From: Candidatus Multivoradales bacterium | GTDB lineage: Bacteria; Acidobacteriota; Thermoanaerobaculia; Multivoradales; JAHEKO01 | Length of the DNA stretch: 64,000 bases | NCBI GenBank assembly: GCA_965223855.1 | Contig: CBDCXM010000009.1 | Span: 480,001-544,000 of the forward strand | Reading direction: 5' to 3' | Part shown: positions 49,572 to 58,041 of the stretch, piece after piece | Position numbering within the stretch: position 1 is the stretch's first letter | Layout: every line of letters begins with the position of its first letter | Translations under genes and position numbers: made by a program | Notes under the pieces: generated by a model | The model's database searches: none | The model's input: the letters and a program-made list of their open reading frames with translations, nothing else | What the model was told of the DNA's origin: nothing

Positions 49572-50651
49572 CTATTCGGTCGGCGGCTGCCAGTACCAGC
49601 CGCCCGCCTCCTTCTTCGCCTCGATCCCGAGTAGCCGCTTCGCTCGCTTCAGCGTGCTGTGCGAGATTCCCTCGCCCTCGGCCGCCGCGAGTAGCTCGCT
49701 AGACGGCCGGGGTCCGCTCGCCAGCTCGCCGCGCAGGAACTCAGCAGCTTCCTCGCGTGCCGTCAGCGTCTCCGCCTCTGACGGCTCGCCAAGAATCTCG
49801 GACGCCTTGGGCGCGTCGTCGGTCCACTCGACCCGCGCCGCCCCGCGTTCAGCATCGGTCAGCCGGAATCCCAACGGCTCGCCCAGCTTCGCCCCGTTCG
49901 CCTTGGCGTGGCACAGCGCCCGCCGCTCGGGATCGTTCGGGTCGCTACCGACCAGCAGAACGCTCCGCGCTCCCGCCACGAAATCGACAGACCCTTGAGC
50001 GCGATAGATCGCCCGCCCTGACGCGCCCTTGTTCAAGTGATGGACGGCCAGTGTCGCGAGCCCGTGTGCTTCGGACAGCGCCGCCAGCGGCGCCAGGATG
50101 CCGCGCACCTGATTCGCGCGATGGGTGTCGGTCTGGGCGCCACAGTACGCTACCAGCGGATCGACCACGACCAGAGACGGCGAGCGGCGGATCACCTCAT
50201 CCTCGAGCTTCTGCCGCACGCCTTCTTCCGAGAGGTTCATCGGCACCGCCGCCGCGAACACTCGACTGGCATCCGCACCGGCCGCGTCGAGTCGGGGCCG
50301 CACCACCTCCGCTAACGCATCCTCGACGGTCAGGACGAGAACCGTGCGCGGCGAGCGTCGCTCCGTGTCTCCCGGTAGCGCTCGGCCCGCCGAAAGACAC
50401 GCGGCGATGTTGAGTGCAAGCGTGCTCTTGCCCTGCCCCGGATCGCCCACCATGAGATTGACGGCGCCGCTCACAAGGTAGGGGCGCCAGAGGAACGAAA
50501 CCGGGCGCGGCTTCACACCGGCCATGCACACCGAAAGCGGCTTCGCGTCGTCGAAGGCGGCGGCCAGCTCGCAGGAGCAGTAGCGCTCCGTCTTGCCGCA
50601 GTCGGCGCAGCCGTCCGGCGTACCACCGTCAGGAACCGGCGCGAGCACCAC
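49572..50651 (-). CDS. AAA_25/RepA-like (RecA-fold) helicase with N-terminal Cys cluster
   Basis: GDPGQGKS Walker A, VVVDP Walker B, HHLNK, GSVDFVAGARSV; CADC..CSC. Confidence 0.88.
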   Translation of the reverse strand: MVLAPVPDGGTPDGCADCGKTERYCSCELAAAFDDAKPLSVCMAGVKPRPVSFLWRPYLVSGAVNLMVGDPGQGKSTLALNIAACLSAGRALPGDTERRSPRTVLVLTVEDALAEVVRPRLDAAGADASRVFAAAVPMNLSEEGVRQKLEDEVIRRSPSLVVVDPLVAYCGAQTDTHRANQVRGILAPLAALSEAHGLATLAVHHLNKGASGRAIYRAQGSVDFVAGARSVLLVGSDPNDPERRALCHAKANGAKLGEPLGFRLTDAERGAARVEWTDDAPKASEILGEPSEAETLTAREEAAEFLRGELASGPRPSSELLAAAEGEGISHSTLKRAKRLLGIEAKKEAGGWYWQPPTE

Positions 50652-50796
50652 GGTCAGGCTCCAATCGGTCGCGCTCGACGTGCTCAGTGCGCAGGACGTG
50701 ATTCCAGCACCACCAGTGCCCGTGCGGATCGCGGACGATGCCGGGGCGAAGGCAGCGCGAGCCGTCGGCGGTCCATGCCGCGCAGCGGTCGCGCAT
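50629..50796 (-). CDS. 55-aa C3H zinc-finger protein (below ORF-track cutoff)
   Basis: Translated by hand: MRDRCAAWTADGSRCLRPG...WWCWNH...; TGATG coupling to the upstream HTH gene. Confidence 0.6.
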   Translation of the reverse strand: MRDRCAAWTADGSRCLRPGIVRDPHGHWWCWNHVLRTEHVERDRLEPDRGARAGS

Positions 50797-51038
50797 CACT
50801 CGCCCCGCTGCGCGGTGCTCTTGCGCGTTGAGGCTTCCAGGTAGCGGTCAAGCTCGCGCACGTCATAGCGGACGAGCCGCCCCCCAAGACGCAGGAACTT
50901 CGGCCCGTCGCCGCGCATCCGGCGCCGCGCGAGCCAGTCCGTAGTGACGCCCAGGTAGTCGGCTGCCGCTTGGGCCGTGAGGCGCTTGCCCGACGGACGG
51001 GACAGCAAGGTTGGGTTTGTGTTCTTCATGCCCTGCAT
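50796..51038 (-). CDS. AlpA/excisionase-like HTH protein
   Basis: LTAQAAADYLGV, GDGPKFLRLGGRLVRY..ELDRYL. Confidence 0.88.
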   Translation of the reverse strand: MQGMKNTNPTLLSRPSGKRLTAQAAADYLGVTTDWLARRRMRGDGPKFLRLGGRLVRYDVRELDRYLEASTRKSTAQRGE

Positions 51039-51086
51039 GTTCGAACAGGGCTCGCGTCGCTGTCGCGGTCAAAACTCCCGCAGCAG

Positions 51087-52181
51087 TTATGTCCGGTTGC
51101 GCTGTTCGATGCCGAGCTGCTCGCAGAACCGATTCACAGCGTTCCTTGCTGCGTCGTCGTAGACCAACGCCACGGCACTTTGAGCGATGGCGCCGTACGT
51201 CAGCCCGAGCAACAGGCGCTCGGCCGTCCATTGTGCGTCGCGCTCAATGTTGGGGCGGGCGCCCGCTCGTTCGGAGCGCACCTGTCTAGGCTTCTGAAGT
51301 GCGCCAACCTTCTGCGCAAAGCTGGCTACGCTCTGAGCATGCTCCTTGGCCCGCTCTCCGAAGTCTTTGGCCGTCTCAGCTAGCGGATCGAACGGCTCCA
51401 ACGCCTCACTCATCTCGAATGCAGCTAGACGCGCCATCGGCTCAAGGTCGGAATCGTCCCGAGCAAGCCTGCCCGCAAGGACTGCAAGGGCGCGATCAAC
51501 GTCAATGTCGCGCAGCTTCTCCAAACCGCTTTCGTTGAGCGCTTCGACCAACTTCCCGCGAACCTGGCGCTTCAGTTCGCTCCTCGCCCTAGTCAGTAGC
51601 CGAGTGTCGGCAGAGCTCGCGAATAGCTCTCGCAGTGCTGGCAGATCACGAGGGAAGCTGAACTCACGCCCAGAGCCTTCGCTGTTCCGCCCGCCAACAA
51701 GGTACTCAATCGCGCCCCCTAGAGGCTCATTGAGCACACTGAGCTCGACGACTCCGGTGGAGTAGAGCCACCTGTCTGCGCATCGGTGCCAACGTAGCCA
51801 CCATTCGAACCTCTCGACCGTCGTTCGGGTGAGCGCCTCAACCTCGCGCATGACCGTCGCGATGGCTTCCTGCGCTGCCTTCTCCGCCTCTGCTCTTTCG
51901 CCCGACGACATAGCGTTATGTTCGGCCACCAGGTCGTCAAACCTCACTTCCCTCGGTTGGCGCGTGTCAATCGTGAGCACCGGTTCACGCGGCCTCGCTC
52001 TGGGCTTGGGTTCGGGCTTGGGTTTGGGTCGTGGCGTGTCGGCTCTGCTGATCTCATTCTCGAGCTCGTCTATCGCGTCAGGCTTCACTCTCGCGATCGC
52101 CGCAAGAAAGAAGGCCCAATAGTCGGCCCGTACGCGCTCCGGAGAGGTCAGAGCGCCCGTCCCTCCAAGCGGCTTCTTCAT
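51087..52181 (-). CDS. Hypothetical protein of the integrative element, possible C-terminal HTH
   Basis: 364 aa from ATG 52181, 4 nt after integrase stop; PKPKPEPKP linker; GLTYGAIA..AARNAVNRF. Confidence 0.7.
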   Translation of the reverse strand: MKKPLGGTGALTSPERVRADYWAFFLAAIARVKPDAIDELENEISRADTPRPKPKPEPKPRARPREPVLTIDTRQPREVRFDDLVAEHNAMSSGERAEAEKAAQEAIATVMREVEALTRTTVERFEWWLRWHRCADRWLYSTGVVELSVLNEPLGGAIEYLVGGRNSEGSGREFSFPRDLPALRELFASSADTRLLTRARSELKRQVRGKLVEALNESGLEKLRDIDVDRALAVLAGRLARDDSDLEPMARLAAFEMSEALEPFDPLAETAKDFGERAKEHAQSVASFAQKVGALQKPRQVRSERAGARPNIERDAQWTAERLLLGLTYGAIAQSAVALVYDDAARNAVNRFCEQLGIEQRNRT

Positions 52182-52185
52182 CTCC

Positions 52186-53508
52186 CTACTCCGCGCCGCC
52201 GGTCCGCCCCGCAACCGGGAACTCCACTACTTCGCCTGCTTCTCCCAGGTCCAACAGGGACGCCAGCTCTCCGGCAATGGCGTCGGCTGCTTGGCGGAGC
52301 GCCGCCGGATCAGCCGTGATGTACCGCTCCGTGATCGACCGCTTCTGATACCCATGCCCCAGCAACGGCGCAACGTGCCCAAGAAAGCGCCCATGCTGGA
52401 CGTGAGCGCCTATCGACGCGAACGAGTGCCGCAGGCTATGCAGGTCCGCTCCCTCGATTCCAGCGGCCGCGTAGAGCTTTGCGCGGGGACGGTCGATCCC
52501 AACGAAGGGCTGCCCCTCGATCTTGCCGGGGCAGACCGGATCGCTCGGGTTCGCGGTCGCCGGTTTCGCTTCGCGGAGCACTTCCGCCGCAGCACTCCCA
52601 AGCACTCGCGTTTGAGCGCCCGTCTTGGTCTGCCTGAGCGACAAGGTGCCGGCGTCGAGGTCTACGTCGCCCCATCGCAGCCCTTCGCGCTTGCCCCGCC
52701 GCGCCTTCGACTCGTGCCCGAGTAGCTCGGATCGCCGCAGCCCCGTCAGCGCAATCAGGCGCAGCGCCAGCAGCGCCACCGGAGACACGGTGCCCGAAGT
52801 CTCTGCCTCGCGCATCGCGTTTCCAAGCGCCCGCAGCTCCTCAGCCATGAGCGCCCGCCGCTCGCCCGTTTCCTCAAATCGCTCCACGTGGCGGGCAGGA
52901 TTGAATCCGGCCGGCGTGGTGCCCTGCCGCGAACCGAAGCCGAGCACGGCAGACAGCGCCGTCAGCGTTCGATTCGCTTCGACAGGCGTAGCTTTCAGGC
53001 TGCGATGCATCCGTCGCACGTGATCGACGGTCAGATCGCGCACCCGCAGTTTCCCGAGCTTGGGCAGGACGTGGCGCCGCAGTCGATTCTCGGCTGTCGC
53101 CAGACCCGAGCGGCGGCCGCGCTTGGCCCCACTTTCCGCGCGTGCCCGCAGATCGGCCAGATAGCTTTCGACGAGACCGGCGACCGTCTCGGACTCACGA
53201 CGCACCCGCTCGCGCTCTGCCTTGGGGTCGCGCCCCGCAGCCACGTCGCCTCGAAGGCTGCCGGCAATCTCTCTTGCCTGGTCGAGGGTGATGGCGCCGT
53301 AGTCATCAATGGTCAACCGCCGCCGTTGACCACCGGACGGCGGCCGGTACACGAAAACGAACGTGACGCGCCCCCGGCGCACCTGCGCGTACAGACCGGG
53401 CGCACCAGCGTCCGCGACCATCTTCGAAAAGCCTGAGTCGGCCTTCGCCTCGCGTCGCAGCTTGTCCAGGTTGGCTTTTGTTAGCCGCTTGTCTGCCTTC
53501 GGAATCAT
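52186..53508 (-). CDS. Tyrosine recombinase/integrase with arm-binding (DUF4102-type) domain
   Basis: R (GLRRSEL), K (TKTG), HSLRH, LLGH, Y (ERY); N-terminal D..PGL..RRRLTI..TLDQAR. Confidence 0.95.
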   Translation of the reverse strand: MIPKADKRLTKANLDKLRREAKADSGFSKMVADAGAPGLYAQVRRGRVTFVFVYRPPSGGQRRRLTIDDYGAITLDQAREIAGSLRGDVAAGRDPKAERERVRRESETVAGLVESYLADLRARAESGAKRGRRSGLATAENRLRRHVLPKLGKLRVRDLTVDHVRRMHRSLKATPVEANRTLTALSAVLGFGSRQGTTPAGFNPARHVERFEETGERRALMAEELRALGNAMREAETSGTVSPVALLALRLIALTGLRRSELLGHESKARRGKREGLRWGDVDLDAGTLSLRQTKTGAQTRVLGSAAAEVLREAKPATANPSDPVCPGKIEGQPFVGIDRPRAKLYAAAGIEGADLHSLRHSFASIGAHVQHGRFLGHVAPLLGHGYQKRSITERYITADPAALRQAADAIAGELASLLDLGEAGEVVEFPVAGRTGGAE

Positions 53509-53524
53509 GGGCGCCTCCGGTGCT

Positions 53525-53544
53525 GGTCAACGTCTTGGTCAACG
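53525..53544. promoter_or_regulatory. Putative integrase arm-type sites (GGTCAACG-TCTT-GGTCAACG)
   Basis: 19/20 identical to 48533-48552. Confidence 0.7.
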
Positions 53545-53611
53545 CTCTAGGCCCATTGTACGCAATCTCGCCCCATCGACCACCATGCCGGAATGGCCGG
53601 TCCCCGGACGC

Positions 53612-53645
53612 AAAAAACCCCGCTAGCTACTAGCTTCTAGCGGGG
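53612..53645 (-). terminator. Rho-independent terminator downstream of the tRNA operon, supplied by the island
   Basis: CCCCGCTAG-N10-CTAGCGGGG-TTTTTT on the minus strand. Confidence 0.88.
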
Positions 53646-53664
53646 AGTTCGTTGTGCTGACTAG

Positions 53665-53741
53665 TGGTGCGCCCGAAGGGATTCGAACCCCTGACCTACG
53701 GCTCCGGAGGCCGTCGCTCTATCCAGCTGAGCTACGGGCGC
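53665..53741 (-). tRNA. tRNA-Arg(CCG)
   Basis: GCGCCCG acceptor stem, ACGGC-CT-CCG-GA-GCCGT, GGTTCGAATCC, CCA. Confidence 0.97.
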
Positions 53742-53760
53742 ACAAGTTGAATCTGTCAAA

Positions 53761-53837
53761 TGGGGTGAGCGACGGGACTCGAACCCGCAACCACCTGGAC
53801 CACAACCAGGGGCTCTACCAATTGAGCTACGCTCACC
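53761..53837 (-). tRNA. tRNA-His(GTG)
   Basis: G-1, CCTGG-TT-GTG-GT-CCAGG, GGTTCGAGTCC, CCA. Confidence 0.97.
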
Positions 53838-53909
53838 ACAGAGAACGCGGAATATAGCCTGAACGACCCTGCACGGGGAACCGGCCGTCCGTTCAAGCTG
53901 GCAAAGATC

Positions 53910-53986
53910 TGGCCTGCCTGGAGGGACTCGAACCCCCGACCCGCGGCTTAGAAGGCCGCCGCTCTATCCAGCTGAGCTACAGGCAG
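53910..53986 (-). tRNA. tRNA-Arg(TCT)
   Basis: GCGGC-CT-TCT-AA-GCCGC, GGTTCGAGTCC, CCA. Confidence 0.97.
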
Positions 53987-54039
53987 TCGCGTCCGCCGGG
54001 TGTCGCTGGACGGGCTCGAACCACCTCGGGAGTTCAAGT

Positions 54040-54116
54040 TGGTCGGGGCGCCCAGATTTGAACTGGGGACCCCCTGCGCCCAAGGCAGGTGCGCTACCTG
54101 ACTGCGCTACGCCCCG
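54040..54116 (-). tRNA. tRNA-Pro(TGG)
   Basis: CGGGGCG acceptor stem, CCTGC-CT-TGG-GC-GCAGG, AGTTCAAATCT, CCA. Confidence 0.97.
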
Positions 54117-54127
54117 ACGGGCGCCTG

Positions 54128-54156
54128 AGTGTAAGTGCTGCCTCGGGGGGTGTCAA
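54128..54156 (-). promoter_or_regulatory. Sigma-70 promoter of the tRNA operon
   Basis: TTGACA-17 nt-TACACT followed by a GC-rich discriminator; the -35 box contains the kinase stop codon. Confidence 0.85.
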
Positions 54157-56081
54157 TTTGCCGCGGCGTCGCCGAGATAACGGGTCAGGAAGTCGGTCTC
54201 CGCCTCGGCCGCACCGTCGCTGCTGCGCTCCAGCACGCCCTTGTCGGGCTGCCAGACGAAGCCCTCGGCCGACTGGAGGCCTGCCAGCAGATCGGCCACC
54301 CTGGAGGCGGGGCGCGGGCGCATCTCGGGATCGCTGTCGAGCAGGCCGTCGATCAGGCGCTCGAGCTGCTGAGGGAGGTCGGGGCGCCGGAGACCGATCG
54401 GCTTCGCCTTGCCCTCGCGGGTACGCATCATCACGTCGCCGACGCCACCACCGGCGAACGGATTGCGGCCGGCGAGCGACTCGTAGAGCACCACGCCGAG
54501 CGAGAAAAGATCGGCCTCCTGGGAGCTCCCGCGCCCCTCGAGTACTTCGGGGGCGATGTAGCCGGGCGTGCCGACGATCGACGCGTCGGCGGTGCCCCGT
54601 TCGCGCAGGATCTGCGAGGTACCGAAGTCGGCGACCTTGATCGCACCGTCCTTGCCGAGCAGCACGTTCGACGGCTTGAGATCGCCGTGGACGAGCTGCT
54701 CGCCGTGCGCCACGTCGAGAGCGCGCGCGATGGCGAGACCGACAGAGACGGTGGCCTCGACGGTCAACGGTCGCAGCGCCCGCAGGTAGTCGGCGAACGA
54801 CACGCCGTCGATGCGCTCCATCGCGATGTAGGCGGCGTCTCCGCGGCGCTCGAAGTCGTGGATGGTGACGATGTTGGGATGGTTGAGCTGGGCGGCGTGC
54901 ACCGCCTCGATCTGCAGGCGCGCGACCATCTTGTTCGCATCGTCGATGTTCGCCGGGAGCTGAATGGTCTTGAGCGCGACGTCGCGCTTGAGGATCGGGT
55001 CGTAGCCGCGGAAAACGGTGCCGGCACCTCCCTTTCCGAGCTGCCCCATCACCTGGTAGCGGCCGAGGAACACCTCGCCGATCCGCTCGCGGTCGTGCTC
55101 GATCGCCAGCAGACGGGCGAAGGTCGACTCGAGCTGCTCGATCTCGGAGCCTCCCTGGGCGAGTGGATCGACGCCGGCGAACTGCGCCTGGGCGCGCGCC
55201 AGCCGGCGCATCGGCTGGATCAGCAGCCGGTAGCCGAGCCACGACAGGAGCGCGGCGACGAGGAGCGCCCCGGCAGTCGCCAGTGTCGTCGTCTGCATCA
55301 TCCTTCGGCGCGCCTGATCCGCCGCCTCGCGTGGCTGGCGCGACAGCACGACCCAACCGGTGCCGGCGACAGGGGAATGGGCGGCGATCAGATCGACACC
55401 CGCGGCATCGACGTAGCGCCCGGCGCCGCCGGTGAGCCGCGTCGAGCGTGCCTGCGACAGCAGCTCCTCGGGCAGGTCCACGCTCGCAGCCGGGTTGCCG
55501 GCGACGAGACGACCGGCACTGTCGAGCAGGGCGGTCTGCGCCTCGCCGACGAGACCGGTGTCGGCGAGGGCCGCTTCGAAGCCGCTCGCGTCGTAGACCA
55601 GCCTGAGTTCGCGGTCGTCGGCAGACGTGCGTCGCAGCCGCAGCCAGCGCTGTTCGCCGACAGCGACGATCTGCTCGTCCGCCTCGCCGTCCGCTGCGAG
55701 CACGGCCGCGATCTCGTCGGCGTACTCACGGCGCTGCGCCCGTAGCAGCTCGGCGCCATCGTCGGCCGAGAGCACCGCGGCGACGAGCTCGGGAGTCCCC
55801 TGCAGCCAGGCGACCAGCACCTCCTGCGCCTCGGCGGAGGCGGGGTTGTCGAGATCGGGATCGACGAGCACCTGGCGCGCCGCCTCGTCGAGCGCTTCGA
55901 CCCGGGCGGCGAGCGTGCCGGCAGCGGTCGAGGCGGCGAGGATCTGCATCCGCTGCACCTGGTCGAGCAGCGCGTCGCGATGGCTGCGCAGCTGCAGCGC
56001 TCCGATGACCACCGGCGACAGCGCCGCGGCGCCGAGCGCCAGCGCCATCCAGAAGAGCAGCGAAGGGCCGCGACGGGCCAA
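54153..56081 (-). CDS. Membrane Ser/Thr protein kinase with N-terminal periplasmic Cache-like sensor
   Basis: TM-periplasmic-TM, then [33 protein letters not shown]. Confidence 0.92.
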   Translation of the reverse strand: MARRGPSLLFWMALALGAAALSPVVIGALQLRSHRDALLDQVQRMQILAASTAAGTLAARVEALDEAARQVLVDPDLDNPASAEAQEVLVAWLQGTPELVAAVLSADDGAELLRAQRREYADEIAAVLAADGEADEQIVAVGEQRWLRLRRTSADDRELRLVYDASGFEAALADTGLVGEAQTALLDSAGRLVAGNPAASVDLPEELLSQARSTRLTGGAGRYVDAAGVDLIAAHSPVAGTGWVVLSRQPREAADQARRRMMQTTTLATAGALLVAALLSWLGYRLLIQPMRRLARAQAQFAGVDPLAQGGSEIEQLESTFARLLAIEHDRERIGEVFLGRYQVMGQLGKGGAGTVFRGYDPILKRDVALKTIQLPANIDDANKMVARLQIEAVHAAQLNHPNIVTIHDFERRGDAAYIAMERIDGVSFADYLRALRPLTVEATVSVGLAIARALDVAHGEQLVHGDLKPSNVLLGKDGAIKVADFGTSQILRERGTADASIVGTPGYIAPEVLEGRGSSQEADLFSLGVVLYESLAGRNPFAGGGVGDVMMRTREGKAKPIGLRRPDLPQQLERLIDGLLDSDPEMRPRPASRVADLLAGLQSAEGFVWQPDKGVLERSSDGAAEAETDFLTRYLGDAAAN

Positions 56082-57902
56082 CTACGACCCCGAGCCGAGG
56101 CCGCGCCACAGCTCGAGGACGGCGCGCGAGAGATTGCCCACCCGGTCCTCGCTCTCGATCACGAGCGTGCGAACCCGGTCGGGCTCGCGAAAGTCGTGCT
56201 CGACCTCGAAGCGCAGCTCGCCGACGCCCGAGCGATCGTCGTCGGACGTCGCCCGCACCTGACGCTCCGGCGTCAGACGGACGTACTCCTCGGCCTCGAA
56301 GTAGAGGCGCTGCTTGCGGCGGCTGGTGCGCAAAGCGAACCAGGAGTCGGCGTCCGGGAATCGGTACACCGATCTGCCGTCGACGATCTCCCACCTGCCA
56401 CGCTCGTCCGACCAGACGAGGCGCGGCAGATCCCAACCTTCGCGGCGATGCGTCGGGCCGCCGGCGATCGTCGTCGCCGCGCCGCTGAAGTCGGTGAGCC
56501 GGCCGCCCTCGAAGTCGAGGTGGATCACCGGCGGTGTGACGTCGTAGTGGAAATCGAACCGCTTCGTCGTTCGATTGCCGGCGCGGTCTTCGGCGACGAT
56601 CTCGATCGAGTGGGGACCCTCGTCCCACGGCGGGCCCGCCGCATCGAGCTCACGGCGCTCGCCGTCGACCACGGCGTAGGAGACCGCGAGCCCCGTGCCG
56701 ACGTCGTCGACCTCGACCGAGAGCTCGGCGTCGGCGCCGAGGTAGAGGACGCCGTCGTCCTCGAACTGCCGTCCGCTCAGCTCCGCGGCGATCGTCGGGG
56801 CGTCGTCGTCGACGACTCCCGAAACCGAGAACTCGCGCGACGCGCTCGAATAGCCGTCGAGCCCCGAGGGTGCGACGGCGGTCAGGCGCCAGAAGTAGCT
56901 CCCCTCCTCGAGCGGCGGCGGCTTGAAGGAGGTCTCTTCGAGGGCCGGGTAGCGGGCTTCGAGCAGAGTGCAGTCGGCATCGCGGCAGACCTCGACGACG
57001 TAGTTCGAGGCACCCTCGAGCGGCTGCCAGTCGAAGCGCGGATTGGGAATCGCCCATTCGCTTCCGGCCTCCGGGGAGAGGGGCTGCGGCGCCGGCAGCA
57101 GTTTTTCGGGCGGCGCTGGCGGCTCACCCTTCTTGACGACGGTGCCCATCCCCTCGGCGACCGGCACCGACTCGCCACCCGCTTCGACGACGCTCTCGCC
57201 TTCGAACACCATCAGCTCGGCACCGCCCGCCTCGGGACGGCGGGCGCGCGCCTGGGCGCGGCCGTCGGCACCGACCTGCGGTCGCAGCAGGCTGTCGCCG
57301 ATCAGCAGGTCGTAGTTGGCGTCGGCGCCGGCGTCGAGATCGGCCTGGCCGACGACGACCTCGATCTCGTCGCGCCGCACCGACTGCTCGACCTCGCCTC
57401 GGCGGCCGAGGAAGACCAGCGTGTCCTCGGTGATCACCAACCTCGAGTCGTCGGCGAAGACCAGCTCGGCCGAACTCGCCTCGAAGGTGCGCACCCCGTC
57501 GCGGGTGTTGAGGAAGTTGGCCTCCAGAGCCGGCGACCAGTCATAAGGACGGAGCTGCTCCTCGACACGCCGGCTGACCTTTGACATCTGCGCGGTGTCG
57601 GGGGAGACACCGCTGTCGACTCGAACTCGGAGCCTCTGCCCCGGGCGGATGAGATCCGGGTCATGGATGCCGGGGTTGAGCCGCGCGAGAAGCCTCCAAC
57701 GCTCCGGGTCTCCGAGATAGCGCTCGGCGATGACGTACAGGGATTCGTCCGGCCGGACGATGTGCCAGCCGTCGCGAAGGTCGTCCGCCGGGGCATCCGC
57801 CGCCGGCTGCGTAGCGGCCGGCCCCGCCGCCACGATGGCGCACACCAACGCCAGAACCGCGCCTGCGCACCGCCCCTTCCCAGGACTTGCTGCAGATCTC
57901 AT
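56082..57902 (-). CDS. LysM + FecR + Ig/FN3-like secreted protein
   Basis: LysM HIVRPDESLYVIAERYLG..N..DPDLIRPGQ; FecR-like DGVRT..SSAELVFADDS; ATG 57902 with GAGGAG RBS. Confidence 0.85.
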   Translation of the reverse strand: MRSAASPGKGRCAGAVLALVCAIVAAGPAATQPAADAPADDLRDGWHIVRPDESLYVIAERYLGDPERWRLLARLNPGIHDPDLIRPGQRLRVRVDSGVSPDTAQMSKVSRRVEEQLRPYDWSPALEANFLNTRDGVRTFEASSAELVFADDSRLVITEDTLVFLGRRGEVEQSVRRDEIEVVVGQADLDAGADANYDLLIGDSLLRPQVGADGRAQARARRPEAGGAELMVFEGESVVEAGGESVPVAEGMGTVVKKGEPPAPPEKLLPAPQPLSPEAGSEWAIPNPRFDWQPLEGASNYVVEVCRDADCTLLEARYPALEETSFKPPPLEEGSYFWRLTAVAPSGLDGYSSASREFSVSGVVDDDAPTIAAELSGRQFEDDGVLYLGADAELSVEVDDVGTGLAVSYAVVDGERRELDAAGPPWDEGPHSIEIVAEDRAGNRTTKRFDFHYDVTPPVIHLDFEGGRLTDFSGAATTIAGGPTHRREGWDLPRLVWSDERGRWEIVDGRSVYRFPDADSWFALRTSRRKQRLYFEAEEYVRLTPERQVRATSDDDRSGVGELRFEVEHDFREPDRVRTLVIESEDRVGNLSRAVLELWRGLGSGS

Positions 57903-58041
57903 GTCGTGTCCCTCCTCTGTCTGCCATGGGAGACTTCCTTCCCGGTCCTTCCTTGCTCCCGTGACCTCACTATTGTGACCGCTCCCGTCCCTCCAAGTCA
58001 CACCGCCGGCCCGCCTCGCGCGGAAAGCCGGCGGCAAGCCG

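Larger units (their letters stand above)
48420..53716 (-). mobile_element. About 5.3-kb integrative element (phage-satellite/IME-like) in tRNA-Arg(CCG)
   Basis: 54-bp perfect direct repeats 48420-48473 and 53663-53716; tyrosine integrase beside the tRNA; HTH and AAA helicase genes; CTAG-rich composition. Confidence 0.93.

Noticed and set aside
53754-53759. TTGACA between tRNA-His and tRNA-Arg(CCG)
   Set aside because: No -10 element at proper spacing.
53654-53857. 67-aa ORF over the tRNA genes
   Set aside because: Antisense to tRNA-Arg and tRNA-His; a common spurious call.
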